Source: Phaeosaccion multiseriatum (lineage: Eukaryota; Protista; Ochrophyta, other classes). Taken from it: a stretch of 64,000 bases of DNA. Positions 1 to 15,310 of this stretch are shown here, one piece after another (within the stretch, counting starts at the first letter, position 1; every line of letters begins with the position of its first letter). The notes under the pieces were generated by a model. It saw only the letters and a program-made list of their open reading frames with translations. It ran no database searches and was not told where the DNA came from. The position numbers and the translations under genes were made by a program. The stretch spans positions 496,001 through 560,000 of the forward strand of contig OZ218952.1 of NCBI GenBank assembly GCA_965112735.1, in the 5' to 3' direction.

Positions 1-818
1 GCAAGCGCGTCCGGGAAAAGGCCTTGAGAAAGGAAGATTTGGATTCGAGTTCTTCGAGAGGGAACCGGGCAGATCTTCAGCAGCAGGAGCGGCCGCCACC
101 GCCACAGCTCGTGCTGCTGGAAAGTCACAGGCAGAATAGCCTCCCGGCCTTTTATTCACTCCTTAGGCGGCTGGGTGTGGGGATATGAGAAGGAGGAGGA
201 CATAACACCCCCCCCCCCCCCCTTTACTTTATTGGATGGCACTTCGCGGCACTGCCCTCTGCCCTGTCCGATCCCTGTCCCCTGTCGGCTCCCCGCAGGG
301 GCGGCTTCTCGGGCTCCTGGCTTCTGGGCCATAGCCCCCTCCAGGCTTCGGGCTTCTGGCCGCAGGCCAGCGCGGACTTCTGCGCCGCAGGCCAGCGGTC
401 TGGGCTTCAGGCTTCTCAGGGGGGCTCAGGGGGGGGGGGTGAGGAGAGATTATGCAGGCTTCTGGCCGCAGGCCAGCCCCGGGCTTGTTGCTTTCGGCCG
501 CAGGCCGCCTCAGGCTTCTGCTTATTGGGGGGGCAGAGAAGCCCTGGCTGCGGGATGCGGGGAGCCGATGCCCTGGGCTTCTCTTCCCTTGCACAGCAGA
601 GCTGTGCTTCATGAGACGTGAACAAAATTGAATAAAGTTACTAACTACTTGATCGCTTTGCTATCCTGTCCTTCCCCAAAATCACAGGTCCTTCGGTTTG
701 CACAACCTTGTTGTACCCTCTGTAGGCACGCTCTCCTCCCCCCCCCCCTCCTGACCCGTTCCATCGAGCGCCTCGCGCCTCAATGAGCCTAGCTACGTTA
801 TGCCCCGTTGACACTTGG

Positions 819-2246
819 CTAGCCCTGCTGTCCCTCCGCCATGGCGGCCATACGTTTCAACAAACCGGGCAGAGCCTCGTTGACGGGTTGGAGGGTGGGA
901 CCGTGGTCGACGGCCAGGTTGCTGCCCTGCGGCCATTTGCTGCCATCGGAGTCGGAGTGAAGGATCAACACGCCCTCGGCGAAGTCTACCCCCGTCCCGA
1001 CCTGAGTCCATTGAATGTTGGAAGCATACGAGCGAGGCCCACCGCACGCCGTGGAGAGCAAAAGACAAGGAGGGAGGGGGGGCGTGTCAGACAGAGGGAG
1101 AGTGAGGGCGCGAGGGGGAGGGAGAAGAGAGAAGAGAAGGCTAGACTGGTAAGATACCAAAAAGAGGCAGGAATCCAACACGGCCGGTGCGCTCGCCACA
1201 GTGCTATTCTTCCTCTCCTTCTCACCTTGCCCGAGGGATTCAACGCACCCGCAAGGCCTTCCAACGGGGCTCCCATCCCCTCCGCCGCCCGCTCGCCCAT
1301 TTCCGACTGGAAGGCGTACGGATTCAACGTGTAGGCTGCAAGGCAAAGCAAGGCAGGGCAAGAGGTAGAGCGAAGTGAACAAGGCGGTGTAGGGGGAGGT
1401 GAAGGGGCATGCTCCGAAGACGGGGGCCGTGCCAGTTCCACGCTCTGTCCAGTAACTCACCTCGGACGCCCTTGGGAGCCACCTCTGCTGCGTAACACCT
1501 CATGAAACCATCCACAGCGGCCTGAAGGTGATGGCCGAGCAATGGAAGCAAGAAAGACGTGAGAAACAGATACGCTAAAACTACTTCGTCGCCGCCCCTC
1601 CTTCCTCCCCCCCCTATTCCTACGGCGGCTGCTGCTACTGTGATATCACACCTTGCTTGCAGCGTAGATCGACATGCCGGCCATCGGCGCGACCGCGGCG
1701 ATGGAGGAGGTGACGATGAACATCCCCTTGGTCTTCTCCAGGTGGGGCGTGGCCAGGAGAGCGGTCTGCATGACTGCCTTGACGTTGATACCGAATAGTT
1801 TGTCGTACTCTCCTGCCAGCTTTGCCGCATCATACGTCTCCAGTGGAGCTAATGCTTCCACCCCTGCGTTGGCAAGGACAATGTCGATGGATGGTCCCGC
1901 TGCCTCGAACAAGCTCGTGAGGTGTGTATCATTGGTCACGTCGCCCTGTACGAAAACGGCAGCGCCGCCCGCGCCTTCGATCTCTGAGACCACGGCCTTT
2001 CCCAGCTCCTCACGGCGGCCTGAGAAGATAACCTTGGCCCCCTCCTGTAGGCCAATGCCGCGTACCGATGGCGTGAGAAATTGGAGAAGGGGCAGCGGCA
2101 GGAAGGCAAGCTGCAAATCTTCTCCCTTCCAAATACCCAATGTGCCCCCTACTGTCTCTCACCTTTGCTAGATGGATGGCGGCAACTTTGCCGATGCCGC
2201 TCGTCGCACCAGTGATGATTACAGTCTTGCCTTCCAAGCGCGCCAT
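819..2246 (-). CDS. Short-chain dehydrogenase/reductase (SDR); 5 exons (2246-2163, 2044-1652, 1521-1461, 1335-1226, 1001-819)
   Basis: TGATSGIG Rossmann motif, NAG motif (LANAG), catalytic S...YxxxK (TSS...YAASK); GT-AG introns join the ORF pieces in frame. Confidence 0.92.
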
Positions 2247-2473
2247 GTTCTCCTCTGATACTGTTGTAGAAACTCTTGTGTGTTGTGAGCGATTGATAGG
2301 GGGGAACAGGTGGGATATTTATCGGGTTAATAATCGGGGGGGGGGGGGGCGGGGTGGGACGTTCCCACACGTGCGCAAAAACGAAACTGAAACTACAGTT
2401 TCCTTTCCTTTTTCCTTTTTCTTTTTACAAAAAGGAGAAGAGAAAAAAATTCTTCTCCCACAAAGAAGCGTCC

Positions 2474-6270
<3,797 letters not shown>

Positions 6271-6689
6271 GCACTGTACACACTTGAGAATGGAGCAATT
6301 CTCTCCGAATCTCCGCGTCGAGATCGCTGTGTGGCAGGAGAGGGGAGGGGGGTGGCTGGAGGGGGGGGGGAAGGGGAGGGGGGAGGGGCAGGAAGCTAAG
6401 CCGTGGAGGGGAAATACTGGTGCGGTCCAGATTAGTTTCTCAGGGGCGGGGTGGATGGGAGGATGGGCTTGAACTTTGGGCTTGAGCTTCTTTGCTGGCC
6501 CATGTGTTGTAAGTCATTGGCTTGGCAGGCCTCAGGAGGTAAACCTAACTGACTCCCTGCTGCTGTACACATGGGGAGATCAGAAGTAGAGTAGAGTAGC
6601 TCAAGAGAGAGAGAGAGCTATCCGAGATATGCAGCAACATGAGAGCAGAGCGGTGTGGATGGACATAGGTATAATTACATAGGTACCTG

Positions 6690-6870
6690 GATAGGTAGGT
6701 AGGTAGGTAGGTAGGTAGGTAGGTAGGTAGGTAGGTAGATAGGTAGGTAGGTAGGGAGGTAGGGAGGGAGGTAGGTAGGGAGGTAGGAAGGTAGGAAGGT
6801 AGGTAGGTAGGTAGGAAGGTAGGTAGGTAGGTAGGTAGGTAGGTGGGTAGGTAGGTAGGTAGGTAGGTAG
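6690..6870 (+). repeat. (TAGG)n tetranucleotide microsatellite
   Basis: Imperfect aggt/tagg run. Confidence 0.9.
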
Positions 6871-6957
6871 GGGGCGTCGCAAAGTTAATTTATTTAGGAT
6901 AGGTTTTGGGGACGGAGAAAACAGCAGCAGCTGATCCCTAAAGATTCGACCCCTGAC

Positions 6958-7105
6958 GTGCTATTATGCTATCTGCTATCGCCGGCGCCAGCCGGCGTGC
7001 TATCTGCTATTGCCGGCGCCAGCCGGCGTGCTATGTGCTATCGCCGGCGCCAGCCGGCGTGCTATGTGCTATCGCCGGCGCCAGCCGGCGTTTTGTGCTA
7101 TTCGC
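6958..7105 (+). repeat. Left subterminal repeats of the transposon (TGCTAT-rich unit TGCTATCGCCGGCGCCAGCCGGCG, ~4 copies)
   Basis: Tandem ~31-bp units overlapping and following the left TIR. Confidence 0.85.
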
Positions 7106-7355
7106 CCCCCCGGGGTCGGGGGTGGGAGGGTGCGCGTGCGGGGGGCTAGGAGCGGAGGAAGCAACTCACACGTGTTTCATTGCCATTAATTCGCGTCAGT
7201 TCTTGTATAGTATGCCTAAGGGAGTATATCAAGGTCCACCCTCTGCCTGGCCTGGCTGACCTGCTGCCCGTGCACCCCTACCTCTCCGCCCTGTGATTGA
7301 CTGGCTCTCCGCTAGCTCAGCCGGCGGACGGCCCGATCGACATTGTGCTCGCCAA

Positions 7356-10300
7356 TCAGTCACTTTTACCACTAGGGCAGGCAGCATTCACTCCGTCACA
7401 ATACCAGTCCCCTTCAGGAAGCGTAGAGAGGGGAGGGGTCAGGCAGTACGTGTGAAACTCCTCATCGCAGCCGTCACATAGCAACATTTTGTCGTGGTCA
7501 ACATCTTTCTGACAGACTAGACATGCAGTGGCTTCGCTGGAGCTAGAGTCTGCTGCTTTTGCCGTGCCACGAGACAAAGCCCCATAACTCTCGGGCTTGT
7601 TTACCGTGCGCCCACGTGAGGACATCGCCCCCACCACCTTTCCGATGATGTTCTTGCGCAGTGTTCTCAGGTTCAGCGCCTCCTGCTCGCCATCACTGCT
7701 ATCGTCCTCAGACATGTCCTCTCCCATGTGCACGCTTGGGTCGGGGGGGCGTATCCCATCGCCTTGGCCACCTCTTGGCCCTCCGCCTCTCTGTTGACAA
7801 TCTGCTTGCACTCCTCGTGCTGCTCCTCCGTGATGGCAAACCTCCGAAGCCTTCTCTGCGCGCACACCCCTCCTGAAGCTGCATGTGAGCCTTCGATGTA
7901 CATTGCTTCGTGGTAGCGGGGCAATGCGCCATAAATGGCAGCACAAGACACAGAAGCCTCTTTCCCGCCGTCGACTTCGTAGACGACTGCTGCAGCCCCA
8001 TCCCCGTCCTGGGACTCGTCGGTAGAGTCCTGTTCAGCGACGTGAAAGTATGAAACACCAGGCTTTGCCGGAACCACCTTCTGCTTGGAGCCTCGTCCCT
8101 TCTTCGAGACGATCACCTCCTTCCGAAGATCGACGCGAAGCTGTGCAAGAAAAAAGCTCTCCTCCGACCCCTTGTCTGCCCTGACTATCACAACGTCATT
8201 TGCCCTGTAGAGAATGCGAGTTCGGACGGATTCACCGGTCTTCCGTCCTTTCTGTCCGCGCTTCCTCGCTCCCGAGCTCTCATGCAAGCGCGACAGGTAT
8301 CCACTCGGGTCGTTGCTTTGCGCAGAGTTGGGAGCAAACGCCACCGAACGCGGGGCCGCTCCAACATTGTACTTCCTCTTGTTGGTTACACGCTGCTGCG
8401 GAACCTTCCTAAGACGAGCCGCCGCATTGCGAAGCGTCTGCGTGTCCTTCTTGCGCTGCTTCCGTTGCCCTTCGTCAAGCTTCTCCGCTACCCTTGGTCG
8501 CTTCAACACGGGTGAAGCCACCAATCTGCTCTCGTTTTGCTCCAGCTGGTATCCCGCCCTGAGCTTTCGACCGCTGCTGTTGACGCTGCTTGTGCAGTAG
8601 GCAAAACCCATGCTGGGGTTGGCCTTCTTCGCAGCCTCAAGCATCACAAGGCCCCTTCTTCGGGCATACTCAAGAGCGTCTGGAACATCCTGGCGGCCTT
8701 CCCTTTGCTTCGTGAAGAAAGTCTCAACATTGAGGGTCAAAACGCTCCTCATCTGCATCTTCTCCACGATGCCGCGAGGCACTCCCTGCTGACGGAAATG
8801 AGCGAGGAAGCATCAAGCAAGGAGCGAACAGCGAAGCCGTGAGACGAAAGGGCAAGGCTGATTTCCAAACGCACGCGCCCACGGACACGGACATTTTTAC
8901 TCACGCACTCACGCACACACACGCACACAGCCATGGGGAGCACCCCCCTTCTCACCTCTGCAAGCATCCGATGTAGCATCCGAGGTAGTGCCTGCAGGCT
9001 CGCCTTGATAGCACCTCGAACTTCGCGTGATGGCATTCCTTCAGGGCCCTGGAGAGAGACCAGGGATTTGCCTGTGGCAGCTGATATCGCTTTCCCCATG
9101 TGACTGAGAGCCAAGTCGACCACATGAAGCTTGGCAATGCTCTCCTCCATCGTGCGTGCGTTGTTTTGCATGTCTTTGCCATTCTCATCCAAGTCTTCGC
9201 CCTGGAGCTGATACGCCTCACTCAACATCCGTTGTAGTGGGATGAGGTGCTGGGCGTAGACGTAGCAGTCCGAGATCATTCGAATGCACTGGTTTCCAGT
9301 GTCGGACAAGAAGAAAACGTTGTACACGAAGCAGCCGAACGTAGGTCTGAACAAAGGTACTTTCGATGCCGTACCGCTGGCAGTGCTCTCTCCGGGTTCT
9401 GTGTTTCCCTGTCCGCCCATCAGCACGGATGATCCCTTCCAGCTTAGCACCCCACTGTCACGACGAAGGAGAACCTTGACAAGCGCATGCAAACCTTCAT
9501 CTAGCATGAGGATGACGATCATATCTTCATCATCGTATGCACCGGGTGGGGCCAACGTGAGTCCACAAGGCTGAGTCCCCACGTGAGACTTCACGCACGT
9601 GAGGTGTGCGCGCCTTGGCTTCTCAACAGTACCATCTTCCTCGTCATCAGTCAGAGCCATGAGTGTATCTCCGTCATTGCCACTGCCACCCTCTGGTCCT
9701 CCGGCACGTTCCACATTGCCCTCCCAGACAAAAAGCGAGCTGTCGGCGATGCAGGCAACGCAGTCATGCGAGAGTGCTGTGAGGCCCGCAGGTCCCTTGG
9801 GTAGGTCACACAGCTTCTCGCTCACAGGTGCAAAAGGGTTGCCAGCGTCAAATGAGAGCCGGTGTAGTGCTCCCCCCGCCAGGTTCCTCTTGGGTGACAA
9901 AGAGGTCGAACGCGCGCTCAGAGGACACGGCAAGCGCAATGGCAACGGGGCAACGGATGCCCTCCTCTTCTCTCTCCTCGAGGACATTCTCCTCAGAAGT
10001 GCAACGCTCCTGGATCCGACGGACCAAGGGCACTGCCTTCAAATTCAAATGCCGTTGCTGAGTCTGTCTCCCCCGACCACGCGCTGCTACATGCCCGTCC
10101 GGTTGCTGGTCGTCGTCATCATCATCGTCGCCCTCCTCCGCCGCCGCGCGGGGTCCCCTGTTTCCTGGAAGAGCGGCCAGCACATGCACCACCCAAATCT
10201 GATTCGCTCCACTGTCACACATGTACACGTAGTCGCCAACCACGACGAGAGACCCAAGACTCTGGAAGCAGTCGTCTCGCAGAACAACCTCTGTGGTACA

Positions 10301-12108
10301 AGGCACATGATGGGCCTTGAGCATGCGCAGATGCCTGCCTGAACGATCGGCGTTGAAGATCATGCCAGAGCCATGATGGTAGCCCATACCAGTCGGCTTC
10401 TGAGTCTGCGAGGCCATGTTCTGATGCCAGAAACCCCACGGCTCCGGGCACACGGTCACCCCCACGAGAGCACGGCGCTTCTCCCGCTCCTCCTCTGAGA
10501 GTAGAGCCAACTGCAGAGACGCCGTCGTAACAGCGATTGCGCTCTCCACTGAGAAAGGATCCTTGTTTTCAATGGCGTCAAGGCCAACATTGGCTTGTAC
10601 TGCTTCACTTCGAGCCGGGTCCAGATCGTGGAATCTGGCGCGAAGAGTTCGCAGTCCGACTAGCCAGCCCTGGCAGACGACCCACCAATTGAATGTCGTA
10701 GCACGAACACACTTTACAAGGTGAGCCCCGTCAGGCAGTGCCTCATACCACCCCAGGGGGTCGTCCTCTCCGAGGGTTCTTGCCGCCATTTTCCGAATGA
10801 AGGCAAGCTGTGCGCCATTACAGTCTGTTGAGATGCACAATGGTCGGAGACTCTTGCACACGAGCCCTTTCCTCTTGCACCTCGAGCAGACTCTGCTGGA
10901 GAACTGAGTCGCGCAAACGCACTCACTTTCACCGCAAGGACCCTCCCCTCCGGTGGGACAAGCTTGGTGGCAATCACACGCCTCGCCCATCTCCACCCAC
11001 GAGGGGTTCTCCCCCGTCAGAATCCGCTGCCAGAAAAGCTCGAGACAAGGGATGCAAACACGCAGCGCCTTCATGATTTCGGTCACGCTCGCGGCAACAC
11101 TTTTGTAGTCACCCCCTGCGGTGTGAAGCTGAAAACCGATGGAGCCCGTGTATGCCCCTTTCAGATCCATCATCATAACTTCCATCATCTCGGAACCCAG
11201 CTTAGGTGCGTCCTCGTCTCGCAGCTGGAACAGAACGAGTAGCGATAAGGGAGGGTTGACAGGAGGCGAAGCAAAGGCGGGGCTGCAGCGTGAGCGAGCG
11301 AGCGAGGAGGCGTGATTAAGATTGACGATGGATCAACAGTGATTCTGCCCCGAAAGATCAGTGGGAAGGAGGGGACGCCACGCACCTGAGCATCAGACTT
11401 TTCCAGTATTGCCTTCGCCTGCTCCAGTGTTGTATTTCCAAACTGATGTGCATTGCCCCAATTGGTTTGGCTGGTTGTATCAGTATGATGGCCCTTGGCA
11501 ATGACGAAGCCATCCATTTTGACAGTCACGGGAACCACAATCTTCTCGTTGCCTTTGTCGCCAAGAGTGTAGGCTTGGTCGGCACAGAAGCGGGCGAAGA
11601 CATTGACGACGTTGATAATGTCTTCGACTTGCAGACCGTACCTCTTGATTAGGCCAGGCCTGCGCCTAATGAGTGCTCTCGGATGAAAGCCGCCTGTGTT
11701 CGCCCTGCGGAAGTAGTCCTTCATGGCCTGGTCCCTGGAGACGTTGGGGCCACGAACCTTCTTTCTGCGGGGTGCCCCATAGGAGAGCATGGAGCATGCT
11801 GAACCAAATACGTTCTGCTGGGTCTCATTAAACTGTCGCAGCGTCTCGTAGCCATTGAGCTGCTTGCTCGCGGCCACAGTCTGACGCCTGGACCAAAGGC
11901 CGCTGTTCATGACCCAACGATGCACCGTTTGATACATGAAGTGACTCCGAGTAAAGTGCCCTCGATCAAGATGGAATTGGATCGCAAAGGGAACAATGTC
12001 GACATCGTTTACGTCCCGGGTAAGCTCTACACGCCCGCTGTCCGCGTCTTCCGTCACAGCCACCCGCCCATGGTCTTCTTCTGTCGCGGACGAGCCCGCG
12101 GCGCCCAT
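7356..12108 (-). CDS. P-element-like DDE transposase with Cys-rich insert, NHL-like beta-propeller, BAH-like region and C-terminal PHD finger; introns 11385-11225 and ~8957-8787; two apparent homopolymer frameshifts (~9875, ~7746)
   Basis: Motifs in P/THAP9 order: VKMDGFVIAKG (D1), LGSEMMEVMMMDL, ISTDCNGAQ (D2), LPDGAHLVKCVR (DxxH), LNVETFFTKQR (E). PHD: CLVC..LLCDGCDEEFHTYCLTPPL..PEGDWYC. Start codon inferred. Confidence 0.75.
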
Positions 12109-12204
12109 CGCCTTTGTTTGTGGCCAAATGTGAAACGGCAGAATCTTTATTGGCTTACAGCTGGCTGGGCCCATGGCTGGGCCCCACTGGTTCAAAAGTC
12201 CTTC

Positions 12205-15011
12205 ATGTCTGGCCGCGATGGAGGGAGGAGTTGGGGGGGGGGGGGCGACTACTACAACAGCAGGAGAGGCACGCCAAGTCCAGTTGGCAGCAGGAGTCGG
12301 AGCCGGGAGAAGGCCCCTGAGAGGGCGAGGAGAGGGAGGAGTGCCAGCAGGAGTTGGAGCAGGGAGAAGCACAGTGAGAGGAGGAAGCGAGGGAGAAATG
12401 CCAGCAGGAGTCAGAGTAGGGGGAAGGACACCGAGAGGAGGAGGGCAGGGAGAAGTACCAGCAGGAGTCGGAGCCGACCCAGATCCGGAGGAGGAGGAGG
12501 GAGGAGGGAAGGAGAAAAGGGTCGAAGCAAAGGGAGACGGGGCCGCAGTCCCAGCGAAAGAGGATTCCCAGCAGGCGCGAGGAAAATGCGTCGGAACCAA
12601 AGTCCCAGCGACAGGGGAGTACGCCGAAGCAGCCATTCACAACACGCTTCTCACGAGCTGGGGTGGGAGGAGGGGGGGCGGCTTGAGGACACCTATCTCC
12701 AGAGTACGGCAACCTTGGCATCGTCTTCTGAGGCACAAGACTTCGATTATGCCTTGCCCCTGAGTGCAGGGATGGGACAGGCAAAACCTACCCCTCTCAT
12801 GTTCGCGCATGTGGGGACATTTCCAAGAGGATGCCTCAACCCCGTCGAGGCTGATTTCAGTCTCGGCACATCGGTGTCCTGCAACACGACCGAGCTCTTC
12901 GAGACCTTGCCCTACACGTTCCAGCTGGCTAATGAAGACAAGCGATTCTCCAGCTTCAAGGCCTTCCGTGGACATTTGACCAGCGAATTGCTCTTTCAGA
13001 CGGAACAAAAGAAGAACGACATCACGATCAGAGCCTCCACGGCATTCAGACGTGGCAGAGGGTTGGATACAATCCGCGACGACGTCTCCCTGCGCCGCGT
13101 GGTACGTGTCGGGTACAACTGCCTCTCGATGTTTGTGCATTGTCTGCTACGGCAGCAACCCTTTCTTAAACCCGCCCCCCCCCGCCCCTCTCTGTCTCTT
13201 TCTCCAACACACACCCAATACAGGTGCGCTCGTTCTACACTTTCCCTCCGGGCCGTATCGATCCCGACAAACGGTGGAGACTGGATCTGTACTGCGAGCT
13301 ACGCCCGAAATCAGGGGCGAGACAGCAGGAGAACGTGCAAATTTGCCTGTCTTTCCCTACCCAATCTCTGGACAGCGCCACAGATTTTTCGACCCATACC
13401 CCACCCAAGAAGGCAGGTCATCGAGGTGGTGCTGCCCGTGTCAGTGAGACCACCAGTGATAGTGAGGGAGAGAGTGCCGGCGGGACGAAAGGCGGGAAGG
13501 CGGGGCAAGAGGGGGCACTGACGAAGAAGGCGAAGAGCTGGCTCCACGCGCAAGGAACCAAGTTCTTTTATCTTTTGCGGGAAATGCCTGATGTGGAGAT
13601 GCAAACTCTCAGCGGAAGCAAGGTCGGTGATGCAGCAAGCTTCGTGAAGATCCATACGCCAGCTTTGATTCAGCTTGAGGCCAAAGCGAACTTCTCCATC
13701 AGACACGCCAGAACATCATTGGATATGCTGGTATCTGTTGTGTGCACCAGGCCTGCTTGTCAGAGCGCCGGGAAGGGCAAGTACAAGCCTCAGTGGACTC
13801 ATTTGTCTGGCGTTAAGCGCCACAGAGACTCCCACTCATCGAGCGGTCAGAAAAGCATGCAAGCTGCACTCTCTCACTTCCTACTGAAGACGGCGTTGGG
13901 GAAGCAGGAGGAGGAGGAGCAGGAGGAGGAGGAGGAGGAGGAGGATGATGGTGGTGGTGATGATGATGATGAGGAGGAGGAGGAGGAGGAGGAGGAGGAG
14001 GAGCAGGAGGGGGGGGAGGAGGAGGAGCAGGAGGAGGAGGAGGAGGAGGAGCAGGAGGGGGGCAGCAGCCCTTCTTCCCACCAGAAGAAAAGCAGGGCCA
14101 TGCCTGCGGCACAATCAGTGGCCGAAGCTGAGCAGCTGACAGGGGACATGAAGGCGAGGCTGCTTGTCCTCGGCGCTGAGCAGGACATGCACAAGGAAAA
14201 GGGGGAGTACACCTCCTTCTTTTTGGACGCGATGATGACCACTGTATCCGTGAACGGAAACAGGGCACTACTCCCGTGCGCGTCTCTTGGTCACATTTTC
14301 AACCCAGCTGTGGAGAACTCCCCCATGCCCAACGTGTTGGCGACGGCTCCGAAAGGGTTCCTGCCGAAAGGTTACAGGGAGTCTGGTCTTACAATGACGA
14401 AGTGTGAGCTCCTCGTCCTCCCTGCGAGTTTCAGCGGCCATTTCTCGACTGTCGCTGTCCTTCTACCTACCTCTGCAGCTAGTGACGACGGGGAGGGTGC
14501 TATGGCGTACATTCTGCACTTTGATACGGTCCGAAATGGGCGCCTCGGTCACCACCCTTCGAAGCGAGTGCTCCAAGCGACGCAGGTGTATGTGGAGAAG
14601 GTCATGGAGGACGAAAGAGCCCCTGGGACGGCAGCCCTCCGATTCCGGCAGGTCTTTGTTGGTGTGCCACAGCAGAAGGCCGGCTCGAATTCTTGCGGTC
14701 CGGCAACAGCTCTATTCATGTCGAAATTGGCTGTGGCAGACACCAGCCCCGTGCGCAAAGTGCTCTATGGTGTTGAGCAAGACAACAGCTGGGAAAGGGA
14801 CGACGGTGTAGCGATTTTGTCTAGTGCGGCGGGGGCAAAGAAGGAGACCGTGGACCGCTTCTTGGCCGCGTGTGGGCTGCCGTGTCTGACCTGCGAAGAG
14901 TATGAGGCAGAGAGAACTCGCCTCTTTCGGGCGTACCTGAGCTCCGGGATGCGCAACGGTTCCTTGCCCGACGTTTACAACTCGGCCTTGCATAAGTGCG
15001 TCCTGGGTTAG
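12205..15011 (+). CDS. Transposon accessory gene: RS-rich N-terminus, CxxxxC..HxxxH zinc-finger-like motif, acidic tract, C-terminal Ulp1/SENP (C48)-like cysteine protease; intron ~13102-13223
   Basis: Catalytic order H (LPASFSGHFS), D (YILHFDT), Q..C (VPQQKAGSNSCG) typical of Ulp1 peptidases; a GTACGT..CAG intron joins the 11920 and 13224 ORFs in frame. Confidence 0.8.
12288..12476 (+). repeat. Three-plus copies of a 57-bp coding tandem repeat (19-aa RS-rich unit)
   Basis: Units begin CAGCAGGAGT at 12288, 12345, 12402 and 12459. Confidence 0.8.
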
Positions 15012-15182
15012 TGAAGGAGAGATGGCTGCCTCGCGAGAGAGGGAGATGGGGGGAGAGGGGAACGCCAAGGTTCGCCCAGTCACCATTGTATTGGTAATAT
15101 AAGACTGAAGGCTCGCATACTCTCTGCGCTCGACGTATGCTGATTAGGCAGGCAGCTAGGAGTGGAAAGGCTGTCGCAGGGC

Positions 15183-15310
15183 GTCTGCTATCGCCGGCGC
15201 GACGGGGCGTGCTATCTGCTATTCGCCGGCGCCAGCCGGCGTGCTATCTGCTATTCGCCGAGTGCAAATAGCATGCTATTGGGCGCCGGGGCGCCCAATA
15301 GCATGCTATC
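15183..15310. repeat. Right subterminal TGCTAT repeats and hairpin (ATAGCATGCTATTGGGCGCC-GG-GGCGCCCAATAGCATGCTAT)
   Basis: Same unit as the left end, in direct orientation, followed by a ~20-bp-stem palindrome at ~15268-15309. Confidence 0.8.

Noticed and set aside
1-188. Open frame ending ...LLRRLGVGI* as the 3' end of a gene
   Set aside because: Short, with no recognisable motif
6690-6870. (TAGG)n as an interstitial telomere
   Set aside because: Does not match TTAGGG/TTTAGGG; one of many simple repeats in the window
11185-12636. 483-aa ORF as a stand-alone protein
   Set aside because: Its Pro-rich N-terminus is the antisense of the RS repeats and its tail is intron; only ~12108-11386 fits the transposase
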